Assembly (NCBI GenBank): GCA_964036045.1
Contig: OZ038378.1
Location: 20,956,001-21,020,000, forward strand
DNA: 64,000 nt
Origin: Eutreptiella sp. 'Long Island Sound 2002'
Taxonomy: Eukaryota; Protista; Euglenida
Direction of reading: 5' to 3'
The position numbers were made by a program, and so were the translations under genes. The notes beneath the pieces were generated by a model. That model worked only from the letters and a program-made list of their open reading frames with translations. It was not told the DNA's origin and did no database searches. Position 1 is the stretch's first letter; each line of letters begins with the position of its first letter. Positions 43,901-57,751 of this stretch are shown in pieces.

Positions 43901-46900
43901 TGCAGGGCAGACTTGTCACTAGCGTCCGCCAGGTCACACGTAATCACAAGGAGCCGGGTCCTGCTGGGTCCAACACAGGACGCAGCTGGTTCCTACTGAG
44001 CTCCGGGTGCGACAGGAGCAGATGTTACTGAGTGGCCCACAGTACAGGGCTGATTCCCAACAAAACTGAGTTCCCCTGTCGGACACAAGGGGCATGCCTG
44101 GTGCATGCCCCATGCCCCCCTGTTTGCACTTGTTTTGACAGGAAGACGGCTTCGTTCAAGGAGGTGAGGTGTATCTACGGCGCATGCTCACATGGTTGAA
44201 GCAGCGGGGCATGAAGGCCAAGCTGGACCTGCATGCCCTTCCTGGAGCCCAAACGCCTGGTCAGGTGCCTTTGATGTTCTCTCACGTCCCGCCCCTGTGT
44301 GGAGTATGGGCCGTGTAGGTATGGGTGCATGCCTCACACGCTACTGGGCACCTTTCTGAAGAAGAGTGAAGAACAGGAGAGGGCCATCCGGCATCTGCAG
44401 ACCCTTCCGATCCTCTGCTCAATGGTCGGACACTGCGGCTATGACAATTGATCATATCTCCAGCTCGCGGGAGTGACTGTCCCCCTGGCTCGCACCTGAA
44501 GCATTGTGAAATGCAAACGCACGCGTGCACACGTGCGCACACACGGGAACAAACAAAGAAATGCTCAATTCAGGAGGTCTTGGCCAACCTCCTTGTGTTA
44601 CAGATCGCTCATCCAAGGTAGGATAGGACCCCGCCCCCCGAAAAACCCTATGAGGTGCCCTGCACTGGACCACACACCACGCAGCAACATCACACGCCCA
44701 CTCACAACATGACTTGGGCACCCCAGACCCACCCAAAACTGTGCCCACCCCCACTGGATAAGGAATCCGTACCAGGAGGAGGCTATGGTTGGCGGCCAAA
44801 TCTGGATTCAACATCCAGCCGCCACACATACTCGCTTCAATGCCTGGGCACATGGTGTTGCGACATTGGCCGGCCCAGTAGTTAGTGGTTTACTGACTCC
44901 GTCATCTGTCGGTTCCTGCCTACCGCTCACGAGCTTAGTCCTCGCACCTTCGCTACAATCAACGCCCCTGCATGACAGAGGGTGTCCTCTTTTTGCATCT
45001 CCGCAACAACTGGAGCTCCCAGCGGCGATTGCACCCACCCACCAAGAATCACTGACTGACTGTCACCTACAGTCCTTGTTGCACAATCTATCTGTTGTCT
45101 TAAGCTACGGCTACAAGCTACAGATTGTAGTCCTGGCACCCATTTAACTGATGTCATACAACCACTGGACCTAACAGCTTTCGGAGCCCTGAACACGGCT
45201 TTCACACGTTTTAGAAGGGAGGAACAGAGGGAGTGCAAAGGCAAGGCACCCGGCCCTGCCTCTTTTTTTGAGTTGTGGACAAAAGCCTTTGTGAAAGAAG
45301 TGACACCACAAAACATACCGAGTAGTTTCAAATCCTGTGGCATAAGCCCTTTTGATCCAGCGTATTTTTTGCAGCACTTGCCCACTACCCGGTTGAAAAA
45401 GCCTTCCCCCCGCCCCTTGTGGAGCGCCGTGCCAGTGCGGTAAGCCCTGCCAGTTCTCAGTGCTCTGGAAGTCCTGCCAGTCCTGCCAGTGGGTGCAGCA
45501 TCTCCATCAGCAGAAGCAGCAGCACCAAAAGTGATGCCGGGGTGGAGTGCACAGCGGGAGAGATCAATCAGGCCACCAAGAATGATCCATGGAACCTGCG
45601 CTTGGGTGGGTTTGTGACTTCCGAGCCCTTCATTGAAACTGCCAGGCAAGCAAAGGAACCAAAACCAAAGCCAAAAGCCGCACCCAAGAAGAAACTTGGA
45701 AACCAGATCACTCGAAATGCCAGCACAAAGGCAGCCACAGCCGCAGCACCAGAACCAGCTGCGAAAGAAGAAGGCTGCAGGCCAATGCCTGCCACCCCCC
45801 CCCCCCCGACACTAGACCTACAAGACCCCTTTTGGGCAGCACCTCAAGACCGCACAGAGGATGCGGATGACTTTGATTTGTATGTGACATATGACGGCGC
45901 TTTCTGACATTGTGTTCCTCAACACATGAACAGGGGTCCTGAGATGACTGAGCAACAAAACAAGTGTGTCAAATTCTAAGTGCCATACTGGTGGGATGGA
46001 GTGTTGTGCATGTGTGACCTTTTCATGGCAATAAACAAAGAAAAACGAAGATTTTCCATTTTCGAAATGTTTGTTGTTGAAACTATTTTGGACAGTATAT
46101 AAGGTAGAAAATGTGTTTTGCGCACCGACAACAAGTTAAATTCAGGATATACAACAGTATAACAATGACAAATAGCAATGCATGGGCCATGCTACACATT
46201 TTTCAAAATTTTTACAAAAAATTGCAAAAAAAAATTTCCTTTTTAAATTTCATCCAAACGGCACCCTCATCAAGGCACACCCGGGCCCCTAAAGGGTAGA
46301 AACATCCTTACCCAGTCATAGGAAAGAAATCTAATCAATAGTTTATGGTCGTAAGATATAAGGGTACCCATTAAACTACTTTTTTTTGTGAAACTTTATC
46401 ATGTATATGTCGTGGTATAGAAATTGGTCACTGATATACTTATCGGTCAGTTTACTTTCCACACCCCGCTACATCCTCGTCCACATCCACTACACTCACT
46501 GCTACAAATCTAGCTACATCCTCGTCCACAGCCACTAGACTCGCGGCTGCACATCCAGCGACATCCTCTCCTACAACCACTCCACCCGTGGCTGATTGTA
46601 CACGCCTTAATGGCGCCCCTTACCGCAATCATGGAGTGGACCCGCCACGGCTTGTCCAGGATACGGCTTGTCCAAGATAAAGAGTGCGCGTAGATGGTCT
46701 TAAATTGGGACCTAATATGGGCTGGGGTTGCGACCGGGTCTTCGTTGACAGAAAGAGGAACGATCCAGAGGAAAGCAACCGCGGCACGAGCGACTGGGCT
46801 CCAACCAACAAAATAACAGGGGAACTTCCAGTGTCCCGGAATCCCATGAGCAGACGAGACTTCATACAATGGGAACAGGGTAAGGTGGTTTTGCAGCTGG

Positions 46901-49900
46901 ATGTGGGGCCTGCAACCTTTTGTCCAACGGAGGGGAGGGAGGCGGAGACAGGGGTAGAACTGTTGACATCATTGCACCTGATGGATGATGAAACTGATGG
47001 ATGTACACTGCAAATTACCTCTGCTGCGCGCCTCTGCGCGCGAGCGCATGTGTGCAGGTCTGCCAAACGCCCAATACCCAACTGCAGTGGGTTGCTTCTC
47101 ATTTTCAGTACTTGCCTTTGGCAGTCCTTGGCTGATTGCTCCCGTGACACTCGTCTCTCAGAATGTCTCTCTTGGTCTCTCAACTTTCTTGTTGTATATC
47201 AGTGAGTGCATCTGAATTTGCAAGGGTTCGTTGAAGTGCATGAGGGTCCATTTTTCAGGGGTGTCAATGCATCAAATCCTGCAACAAACAAAGTGTCGAT
47301 ACAGGGCTGCACGAGGTTGCGTGAAATGCAAGTCTGCACGGTCGGCTTCCCTACATTCGGCACATCTGTGCGTGCCACACGTTCTGGTGTTGCTCACAGT
47401 CGTTCACCGGGTGCGTCAATTGCTACAACAATGGCAAGCAGTTCTGGAACGAACCATATCTGTCCCGAGGGAAGGACTGCATGCGCAGGTATGTGTTTAG
47501 CCAGCGCTTTGGGCTGAAGGGGCTGGGCAAGGCTGAAGGATGGGTGGCACGTTTGACCATGGCATCACACTGAGGGCATGAGCACATATTTTGACCAAAC
47601 GCCTCTGGAACTTGTTTGGGAGGGGCTTCCACCATCATTCACATCAAGTCATAAGCCGATGGCTCTGTTTCTTTCTCTGCCTCCTCCTCTGCTATGTTCT
47701 TTGTGGTCTTTGCATTATTGTCCCAAGTGCGCTGTGCCGACTGTTCTATGTTGTTTTACGTTCCAAACAGCACATTTGGGTCAGCTGGGCGCCGGCGCCG
47801 TTTGGATGCTGTGACGGCAATCTTGGAAATCCTGAAAACGACCCAAACCACTCGCGCCAAATTTCCCACAATGGTGGATTGTCAAGTGCCTACCATCACG
47901 GTCCGCAGTACCCCCCCCCCCCCCGCCCCGCACACAGAGATGCCCTTGGGACTCTGCCCCAATTTGCACACGGCATTTTACAGCTGTGTCTGGTGGATGT
48001 TTTGAAAGATAGTGGTCCCGGTGGTATGTGGGGTGTGTAGTTGGTCTCACTCAGGCCGCAAAGCGGCCTGGAATTTTTTTTCCCTTGCCCTAAACAGTGA
48101 GGACGTAGGGCTAAAGTATCTACAGTTGTTGTGCAGGGTTGTGGACGTTTATGGTTTTGCTGCTTCTCTTTGTGTTCTCGTTGTACAGCCCATGTGACAC
48201 ATCATGAGTAACCTAGAGAAGACTTCTCAACCCACCCTGGACGCTGATTTTTCGCAGCGGTGCCCAGGTTGGCTTGCGCCGCCCTTGGCAACCACCTAGG
48301 CTCCCGCTTTCTGCGCATACCGCTTTTCGCAAATCTCGCATTTTTCGCACGGCCCATGCCATAAGGCATAAAAAAATTGTTTTTGGCAAAAACATTAGCC
48401 CTAGAATGTTGGTTTTTTCTTTGAGGCGCTCCGTGCCAACCTGGGTATGCAAAAATAGCTGAAAAGGGGCTTGTGCCAAAAGGGAACATGTGAGAAAGCA
48501 GAGAGCCCTCAGTACAACACCCAGTACCCCTTCACCACCCAGCACCCGGGTGGTGCCCCCTCATTCAAGTCCATTCCAAATTACCGTATCCTTTTAGTTA
48601 GGGGTGGGGTGTGAGTTAGGCTACCTGGGCCGCATACCGCATTCAGGGGTGCTTGACCTCCCCCCACCACCCCCACAAGCCCCCATTGCCCCCCCCCTCC
48701 CCCTTTGCATTTTGGACAGATAGTTGGGGGCGGGGGGTTCGCAGCGGGACCGGGTCCAGCCGTCCTGCCGTGGTTGTGACCAAAGGAGGAGACTTGAGGA
48801 CCGCACACATTCCAGGCTGTCCCATGGGATGGTGCTGGACAATTTCACTGTAGCATGACGCTTTGCTTCTTCACTCTCATTCCCCACGCTGAGCGATGGC
48901 TGGCCATGCTGTGGAGAGTGCTTATGGCCTCTGCCATCTTGAGCAAGGCATGGGTGACACAAAGAGAACCCGGTGTATACACCCAAATACAGCCACAGGC
49001 ACAGTTTCAAGTCATATGCAGCTGGCAGACAAACAGTGTGGACGGATCCTCTGTGAACTTGCTTGACAGAGCCATTCACTAAGAGCCTCAGGAACCGGCC
49101 ACTCGGAGGCAGATAACTGTACTTGTGTCTGGCACCCTCTGGACAGCGTTTAGCAGTTTAGGGCCGATGCTGAGGCCTTTTGGGGAAGGCAACAGTTTAA
49201 TGTACAAACATTGTAGAACATTTTGGTCGCCCAGTATTTTAGTGAGTGAGTGAGTCAGTGAGTGAGTGAATCAGTCAGTCAGTCAGTCAGTCAGTCAGTC
49301 AGTCAGTCAGCCAGTGCGCGTGAGTGCAGACCTGATACCCAGAAAACCGCTGCATGAGAAGTACTGCACGTGAATCCTGCCGGTGCCGGCAGCAGCATGG
49401 ACACCACGGGGGGCAGTGATGCTGCAATGGTGAGCAGTGTGGCTGACATTCCACTCTGATCTGCAAAGCTGCGCTTTTCCTGCCCTGCTCCCGATGGACA
49501 CAAACGATATTGAGCAACCAAAGCAGCCACAAAAGACAAGGCACCCGACACTAGTTGTACTACACAGCACCAAACCCACCTTCACGGACCCCCTTCCATA
49601 CCACGTTACGTGCGTGTGCTGAGTAGGGCCCTGCGGCGTGCAGTGAGTGCATCATCGCCTTCCCCCTGTGTGTGCTGCGCCTCCCGCCCGGTGCAGGGCT
49701 CGGACAGGAACGAATGGACCACGGCCCAAAGTCCCTATTTTAGCTGTTTTGCACTATGAGCCACGCACCGCGTGCTGGTTGCCCGGAAGGTGTCAGATGT
49801 GTGCGGTGGTCAATGCTCAACACCGTGGGCAAGAACACACCCAATCATGTACACCCAGGTTATACGCGTTAGAACAGGCTTTTAGTGGCGTTTCATGCAA

Positions 49901-52900
49901 CAAATAGACATTCTCACCCACTGTCATCAACAACAGGGATGCAGTCTGACGAGGTGCATGCACCTCGTGTATGTGCATCTGTCTGCTTGCAAATTTTGGG
50001 CCACGTAGTACAGACCAGAACAATTGGTTTGCTTGTTCGGTTTGCCCGCCTTCGATCCCCTATAGACTTGGGTCATTCATGCCGTCACCTCAGATTGGCT
50101 GAACTCATCCTCTCATACGAGAATGATGCCCTCACCCAGAATGTGGTGATTGGGATGGAGCTTGTCAATGAGCCCGACCATGCCAAGTGGACTGAGGTTC
50201 AGGCGCTGTACACGGAGATGGTGCCGGAATTACGTTCCATGTTGCCCACAACGTATTCCCTCTACCTTAGCTTTATGACAGACCTCAATGCTGCGGCCAC
50301 GTGGATGAAGCAGCAGGTGCTTGAATCCTTTACCGGTGTTCGCTGCAGTGTTATGGTCCCAGAACTCTGCAATCTCCATTCGAGACGGTGGAGACCCTGC
50401 AAAGCACCAGGCAGATAAGGTGACACACATGGGAAGCGGATACGTTGGGGACCGCTGTCTCCATTTTCTGCTTAGCACACAGGCGAGCCCCCACAAAATG
50501 ACATTTTCATTGATGCCTCGCTGTTTACAAACGTGCATGACATGCGGTCTGTTTTGTAGATGACAGGCCCCTACTCAATTACCCTTTGCCCCCCCCAGCC
50601 CTCACCCCCCCCCCCCGCCAAAACACACACACCGGGGCTGCATGCGAGGCCTGATGGCGCCAGCAAGGGGCGCGCCATGCCGTGACTGTGAGGAGTACCA
50701 CTGCACCACTCACTCGTGAAACAAAAGGCACAAGTGAGGAATACAAACCGCCCGCTGAGTGCAACTCCAGGCCGTGGGTTTCGGGGGTACTCGCCATCAA
50801 CTGATGTGGGCTGTGTAACCAAGGTCCAGAAGGCCTTTCTGGCGGTGAAAAGTCAACCGCTGTCGATTGGCGATCAACAACTGACAATGGTCAGTGGACA
50901 GCGGCTAGCGGTTTAGGGCCGATGCTGAGGCCCTTCAGGGACGGCAACAATTTGATGCACCAACATTATGGTACTCCGAGATGTTAGGGAAAGAGTGAGT
51001 GAGAAAGTCAGTCAGTCAGTCAGTCAGTCAGTCAGTCAGTCAGTCAGTCAGTCAGTCAGTCAGTCAGTGCGCGAGCGAGCGAGCCAATGAGTCAGTGAGT
51101 GAACCAGCAGCAGCATGGTTGCGGTGTCGGCCATAGGCGCGACCTGTTTACGCCGGCGTTCAACCGTCAATCGCCAGTTTGGGGGTTTTTGAAAAAAACA
51201 AGAAAATTCTCTCTGAAAGGAACCCCTGGCCCCATACTAATACCAATGGCCCGTACCCTATTAATGGGCTCCTCAGGCAAAGCACATTAAACAAAAATGA
51301 GCGTGGAAGCCAGCACGGCCCTACATCAGGGTCCTCCTGTTCAGCTCGATCACGGCATGCAGTCTCTCCCAAGTACGGGAGTTCCCGTTTTCTCAAACTG
51401 CCGTTGCCCAGCCCGGCACGGTGGCACCAGTGCCTTCTTCAATGCTGTATGATGCGGGGCCATTTGACCCCATCCATCCCCACTACCTCTACTTCTCAAT
51501 TGCTTGACTTGTTATTCGTGGTTCACAACCGAACTGTCATTCCTGACCATCCCTCCCGACCTGCAGTTTTGGTTTGGGGCACGGAGGAAAACAAGAGCAG
51601 GAAGTGCAACGAGAGCAATTTGGGCCTCGCCGATGACAGCTCAAGCCCGTCAATCAGCAGACCGAGTGTAGTCACAGGCAGGGTCGAGCTCGACTATTTT
51701 TAATAAAGCGGGCCCGCCCACCACCACCCTTAGGCAGCACGTGGTGAGGATTGTGCATTGCACAATGATCTTGCCAACAGTGCTTGTTGCTTGGGATGAG
51801 TCCGGGGAAGAGCCGGGGCTGGAACCTGAGTTCCACCCACCGTTTCCACGGGAGTTTCTGCAGAACAGGAAACTGGACCCAATGACAATCAAATCACAAG
51901 TGCCGCCTGCCACACACCAGCAAATTTTTTGCACCAACGTCTTCTCGGAGCTCGAAGAAGAGGAAAGGAGGAGGGGGAAGGAGGGGTCATAAAGATAGGG
52001 CGGGCGGGGGGGGGAGGTGCATATTTTCCCAGGCTTTCTCCGTGTCCTTTGGGGGGGGGGGGCAGGGGCGCATATTCAATGAGGCGTGTCCCAAATCCCA
52101 ATACCCCTCGCCCCAAACTGAGCACAAGTCTGGTTAATGGTCTGGCGAGGGGTTCCCCCACCCCCCCTGCCCCCGGCTCTCCTGGTGGGACCTGCATACA
52201 AAAACAAACGGGGGCGACAACCGCTGAACTGTTTTTTGCTCGCGAGGCTGGCAAACCCGAGATCGACGGATGTCCCACCGGACGTGGTCTGGGCATGTCG
52301 TGTATCGTCCTTTCGGACTCAGGGCCATGCTCGTTTTGTTGTTCTGTTGTGGCCTGTGCTGTCCGATCGCCTGTGCCTGTTTTCAATCAACGTGCGTCTG
52401 CAGGTGGACGCCGATCCTGCGACGTGGACCAACGTCGTGTTTGACCATCACATATACCACAGTTTTGGAGATAACGACAACTGGGGGCCGCTGAAGTCCT
52501 CGTGGGTCGCAGGGAACACCGATGCATGCAAGACCTGTATGTAGTCCGCGGGGGCACATGTCGCAGTGCTTCGTGATTTCCGGAATTGCCACGACCCGGG
52601 GGCTCTTTGATGGCAGATTTCTATCGAAACATGTTTTTCTCAAAAGGATCGGCGCGACGCAGTGCAGTTTCCCGTCCGCCCCCGCCAAGGGCCCAGCCAC
52701 GGACCCTCCACACGACGGACCCCCCCCCCCCCTTACCAGCCCCCCTTTGGACCCCTTGGACCGGGCAAAGACCACCCTGTGGGTGTACTCGACCCTCTCA
52801 GGGGTGATGCAGCTGAGGGGGGGCGTTTCTGCTGCAAATGATGGCGCCTGCCATTCAGCGCCGTCTTCAAAGAATGAACATCAGTTCACAAATCCACAAG

Positions 52901-54989
52901 AGAAAGACCAACAAATGCGCGAGACTACACATGTCCAAGGTAAGACGGTGCCACCCCTTCCAGTTTTCATGAGGTACACTACCCAGCGAATTCTTTTTTC
53001 AGGGGCAATTCTAGTGGCAGTTGAACTCAGCGTCTTAGCCCGCCCCTCCAGCCAAGCGTACAAGACCACTGCAACACAACCCATAGCCAGTCTGGTATTC
53101 TCACATATTCTTTTTGTGTTGCAGGGGACGGGGTTCCACGATTGCGAATAAGAGTGGGTCTTTATTTTGGTGGGATCCCCGGGGGACCGGGGGGGGGGGG
53201 GGGGTCGCTGAAGACCTGATGAGAGGTGTCTAGGGAGTAGGTCTTTGACTCCACATGTGCGAAATTCGCATGGGAACAAATACTTGCTCATTCACGGTCA
53301 CCCTGATGCATGTGCTCTCGGTCATCTTCCAATTGCCCTGCTTGGATGGTCGTCTTCAGCTGCGGCTGTCCCTCTTGCTCGTGCTCAAGACAATACCTAT
53401 TGCTGAACCATTACTCCATACCATTGCCCAACAACCATTACTCGGGGGGTGTGGGAAGCTTGGGGCGGCGGGGGGGGGAACCAGCCCCCCCCCCCCCCTT
53501 ATTCGCAGCCCTGCTGTGGTGTCTGTGTGAATTTACCAGCGCATACCCATGCGCCCTCTGTGGAATGTGTTGTACGGACATGGGCCGGATGTTTGGAGCA
53601 GAAGACTCAGCTGCCTGCACTTCCACTTCGGGCCCCTGCCCGGTCCACGTGCTGAATTTTGGGTTTGGTTTTACGTCGTCTTTTCAAACCCATGCCATCC
53701 CGTCCCCCTGCTCATATTATCTGTTATCATTTGCCGTGCGGCCCTCGTGTCATTCTCGCACTTTTCGCTTCCTCGTGCTATGCTCTATGCCACCCCGTTC
53801 CTTTGCTGTCCTGATACCTGCCCTCATCTGCAGTGTTTTGTGTGCCATCATCTTTTATCTTCTTTGCTCTCATCATCGCTTGTTCTCCACAGGCTGTCGT
53901 GATGTGCTGCGGCTGCAACTACTGCAGGGCATCCCCACTGTCATAGGGGAGTGGTCCCTGACCGTCAGCAGCAGCAACGATCACCAATACAAAGATGCTG
54001 GTTTCCTTCAGGGCTTCTGGGCGCAGCAGCTCTCTGTGTATGCGAGTGAGACGCTTGGTATGCCCCGTCTATTGGTGTGCGCGGCAGGACGCAGTTGGAT
54101 CCGGATGTGCAGCGTTGACAGGAACGGGGACGGCTGCCGACAGCTGCAGATGGCCGTGGCGGGTTGCGCATGGCTGCGGAGTCGGGATGTCGGGCTGGTT
54201 TGAGGACTCCGAAGGTATTGGGGGCTGGAGACACTTGATTCTGAGAATACGGAGGCGATAAACGGGGTACCACGATGGACTTTGATGGTTGGTGAAGTGA
54301 GTACAGGGCGTTGTGTGCACTGCAGGGTCAATGGCACCACGGCAGAGGGACAGAGATGTGGATTTTGGGGTGCAGACGAACCTCCCCTCCCCCGCCTCTC
54401 CAGTATACCGATCTGGGGGATGGACGTCGGCTGACAGTGCGGTGCCGTGGGGCGTCGCCCGCAGAAGTCAGATGCAGGATGGCAAACATTGTGCTTGAGC
54501 CACCCCGACTCCTGCGCGCTCTTACCGCACCATCACTTTGGGGTGTGAGTGTGTGTGCATGTCCATGTGACCCAAAGAAAATGCCTGTTTCACATGCAGT
54601 GTTTTGGGGGTGCCACGGTAAGCGCCCGCTGTATCACGCACGAGACAAAGGTGTCATCACCGGGTCTGCGCCCAAGCCCAGTCATCATTGGATCGCTGTC
54701 CTTCACGTTCACTTCCAGTTGTATGGACGCCTGATCCATGCCTCATCATGCCTCAGGGTCCTTCTTCTACACGTGGAAACTCGGACCCTTGGCGAACGTT
54801 GCAGAGTATGAGATCAATTTCGACCTCAAGAGCCTGATTCAGTACAAGGCCCTGCCACCCCCATCAACAGTAGACACATCTGAGATCTGCCCATCGCAGC
54901 CGCTGCAGCTCTGCCCTTCATATTTGTGGCCGGTGGATTGGGATGAAACCTGCAAAACCTTCGGTACCGCCTGCTCATTCGCAGTGTAG
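40960..54989 (+). CDS. Secreted glycoside hydrolase family 5, exo-beta-1,3-glucanase-like, 422 aa. Exons: 40960-41154, 43280-43387, 44142-44264, 47400-47488, 50094-50316, 52404-52536, 53893-54057, 54757-54989
   Basis: Signal peptide [15 protein letters not shown]; [13 protein letters not shown]; VRIPIGYW; [10 protein letters not shown]; ELVNEP (acid/base); DHHIY; VIGEWS (nucleophile); GSFFYTWK. All seven introns are GT-AG and the exons sum to 1269 nt in one frame. Confidence 0.93.
41290..41630. repeat. Dispersed intronic repeat family; other copies at ~44955-45115 (direct) and ~46650-46860 (partly inverted)
   Basis: tcaacgcccctgcatgaca...ttttgcatctccgcaa.aactggagctcc...gcacccacccaccaaga is shared; 41290-41430 is the reverse complement of ~46715-46860. 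Confidence 0.8.
45120..45907 (+). mobile_element. pogo/Fot1-like (DDE_1) transposase 3-prime remnant in GH5 intron 3
   Basis: With frameshifts: [24 protein letters not shown]...[19 protein letters not shown], matching the pogo QPLD..F..LK and NI..gF..tGI.P motifs, followed by a low-complexity tail. Confidence 0.7.
49140..49310 (+). mobile_element. Short retroposon-like 3-prime end with a (GAGT)n/(CAGT)n tail; second copy at ~50895-51066
   Basis: ggacagcg..tagc.gtttagggccgatgctgaggcc.tt..ggga.ggcaaca.ttt precedes the tetranucleotide tail in both copies. Confidence 0.6.
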
Positions 54990-57751
54990 TGTTCATGTCT
55001 GGCAAAACATCACGTGGGCGAACAGCTAAGCGGGACAAATGGTTGTATCTGAGGCCTATGGGTGCTAGCTCTCCCTTGCTAATACCACATGGCATGTGGT
55101 ATTTGCGATACCGGATGGGCATGGGCATCAGGAGCTGCCAGCTCTCCGCAGGGACCCGTCACAGAGATTATTTACAGCAACAGCAATCCTTGACGAACGA
55201 CAAGATGAATCATAAGAAAAGACCAGGAACAGAGAGTGATGTGTCTACACAAATTTGCAGTAAGTACAACAAACAAAACCCATGGATAGGACATCCTATC
55301 AGCTATCCCCACCGAAGGCAGCATGGATGCATCAGGGTTTGCATCGGCTATGTCCTCAAAGATGGCAACAAAGACTACATCAAGAACAAGGAACACGTCT
55401 GGGCTAAGCATGCAAGGACCCTGAATGGCCAATCTTGCATCTTCCATTTCACTTCACCCCAAAGAGGCAACAAGCTGTCCGGTCCCCTTCTGGAGGTGGC
55501 ATGAGTGCATCAGCTAGCTACCCCCTCCAAGAGAAAATAGCAAGAGTGAGGACTGTCGACCAAGGAGAAACTGAATTGGGAAGTGGAGCAACAATTCTGT
55601 AAAGATTACTAAGATTACTGAGGATAACTGGAGCAAATCATGGTACCAATGAGAAGGCCAACAGGAAAATTGCCACATGACCACAGACACTGATTTCACT
55701 CACAAACAGCCCCAACCCTCCAGAGTCATAACAGTAGACATCGGATACGGCCGGCACTTAAGGGGTCACCGCTCAAAAGAAGAAAGCACGGTTGGGACCT
55801 AACATGGGTTCTGTCACAGATGTCCATTTCCATCCTCCTCGGCGCAAGCCAATTTCCCCATCCCCATCAATGGTGTGCTGCAGTTCCAAGCATTTTGCCT
55901 GTTGTGCAGCTTGTGGGGCGTGTCCTGCAGCTGAAGGTCGCTTACGAATGCTTGTTGCCTTCGGGGGTGCTTTCCAGTGTCTGTGCTGCCCGCCACCACA
56001 TCACTGGTTGAAATGCTGCTCCATTATCAAGCAGCAATTGTTTCCCTTGGTGGGAATTTCCTGGTCCTTCTCTGTTCATACCGAGGGAATGTACTCCCAA
56101 CCAGTGGTTCCCCTGGGGGGGGAGCTGTGCTGTGACTCTTGGTCACTAGGCCAAAGAACCTGCACTGTTTGCAGGTCCCAGATCGTTGTCCCGTAGTCTC
56201 AACCTGATGGGTCTTGTTTGGGGGCTTGTTGTGGCAGAGGATGCACTGGAACAGACCAGTGTTTCCAGGCATTCTCCACTAACTCCACAAACGTGCACCC
56301 TGTATGACAAGTTGAGCAGTATGACACCCCTACACTGTTGCCTGACTGGACACAGACAGCACACAGAGCACCGAAGCTGTAGCAGTTTGTGGCACACCTC
56401 CTAAACTTAAGGGGAGAGCTGGTGCTAGCTTGTTTTGCGCCCATTCCATCTCTAGAGGTGTCTTCTAGGCTTCTGTAGTCTATCCTCCGACACCGCTACC
56501 GCCAAGGGTGGCGATTCCTCACCCTCTGGGAAGGGTTTGGAGTGGAGGAAGCTACCTGTGAAGCCTTTTCTGCCTTCGTGCTCCCTGAGGGACGCCTAAA
56601 CTCCGTTTTGGTTGACTACTTGTCCCAGAACAACCTAGGAGAGTTGCTGAGGCTCGCTGAGACGCTTGCCTCGCAGAAGAAGCCTAAGAACGGAACTCTT
56701 CCTACTACACCGAACATTGCCGAACACCGGAAAACACATACTGCCACCCGTATTGGAGTCAATTGACCTTTTGAGCCCTGGTGATGTGGCGTTCTGGGTT
56801 GTTCCAACGAACACTAGTAGGGAAGATAAGTGGGATCACGGCATCCCATGGACGGGCAACCAGCATCAAATCTTGGAGGGATTAGAGCGTAAACTCACAA
56901 AACCGTCAGTCGCACCGCCGATCTGTGTTTGGGTGGTCACCCTTCTTTGGACAATCTGAGAAGGGGAGGGGAAAAAAGAAAAAACGGAGGATTAGGGGCG
57001 CTTGGGGCTCCTCTGCAGGATTGGCAATGGCCCCCCGCCCTTTGAAAGTGGGCGAAGTGAAATACGCACTCAGACCCCCCCCAACGCCATACGGGCTAAA
57101 ACGGTGGACACAACGTCGCCTTTCTTGGCTCCCTCCAGCGAGGAAAGGAGGGAACAACGTATCTGTTTTCAGACAGCACCTCAAGCTCTGACAATGATAG
57201 CACAAGTTTCTTTTTTGACATTTGCATCAGAGTATTTGCCAACGGGAGGCCACGGCGGTGTTTTGCACCCCCCCCCCCCCTGTTCGTGCTTCCCTTCGTG
57301 CTTTGGGATGCAACCGGAATAGACCAGACACAAATAGCACCACCTCGTCCCACATTTGTTTTGCGAGTATTTCTCCATCGGCTCTGGAATGGTGACGAAT
57401 GTGTGGGTCCTTAAAAAGTGCGAAAAATCAGGACCAGTGCAAGAAATGAGGGAGATGTGCCGCACATGCCAAAACATGTGATTTTTCATTTTTTGCCTTC
57501 GAATGTGTTTTATCGTGGCCGCCATCGCCATCCCCCACTATCCCAAGGGCACCAGTGTGGCCACCAACGCATTTCACAGGGTGCAGGGAATGCTCGAAGG
57601 GTGTGGGGTGTGTTTGTAATGGTCGTTCATCAGTAGTAGCCGCACGTGGCGCCTGTGGTGGCACTGCCGTGCTCTGTCCCGCGTGTCCTAACCGACGCCC
57701 TCCACCGCACCACACAGCCTTGCCTCTTGTACCCCCTGCTGCTCTCTTCAG

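Noticed and set aside
46860-47200. 5-prime part of the pogo transposase (KVVLQLD)
   Set aside because: Similarity is too weak and the position is inconsistent with the 3-prime remnant upstream.
40960-54989. Non-conventional euglenid introns in the GH5 gene
   Set aside because: All seven introns resolve as canonical GT-AG with the frame preserved.
54989-55504. RTE-like LINE C-terminal remnant (WIGH motif)
   Set aside because: A single weak motif, with no RT domain nearby.
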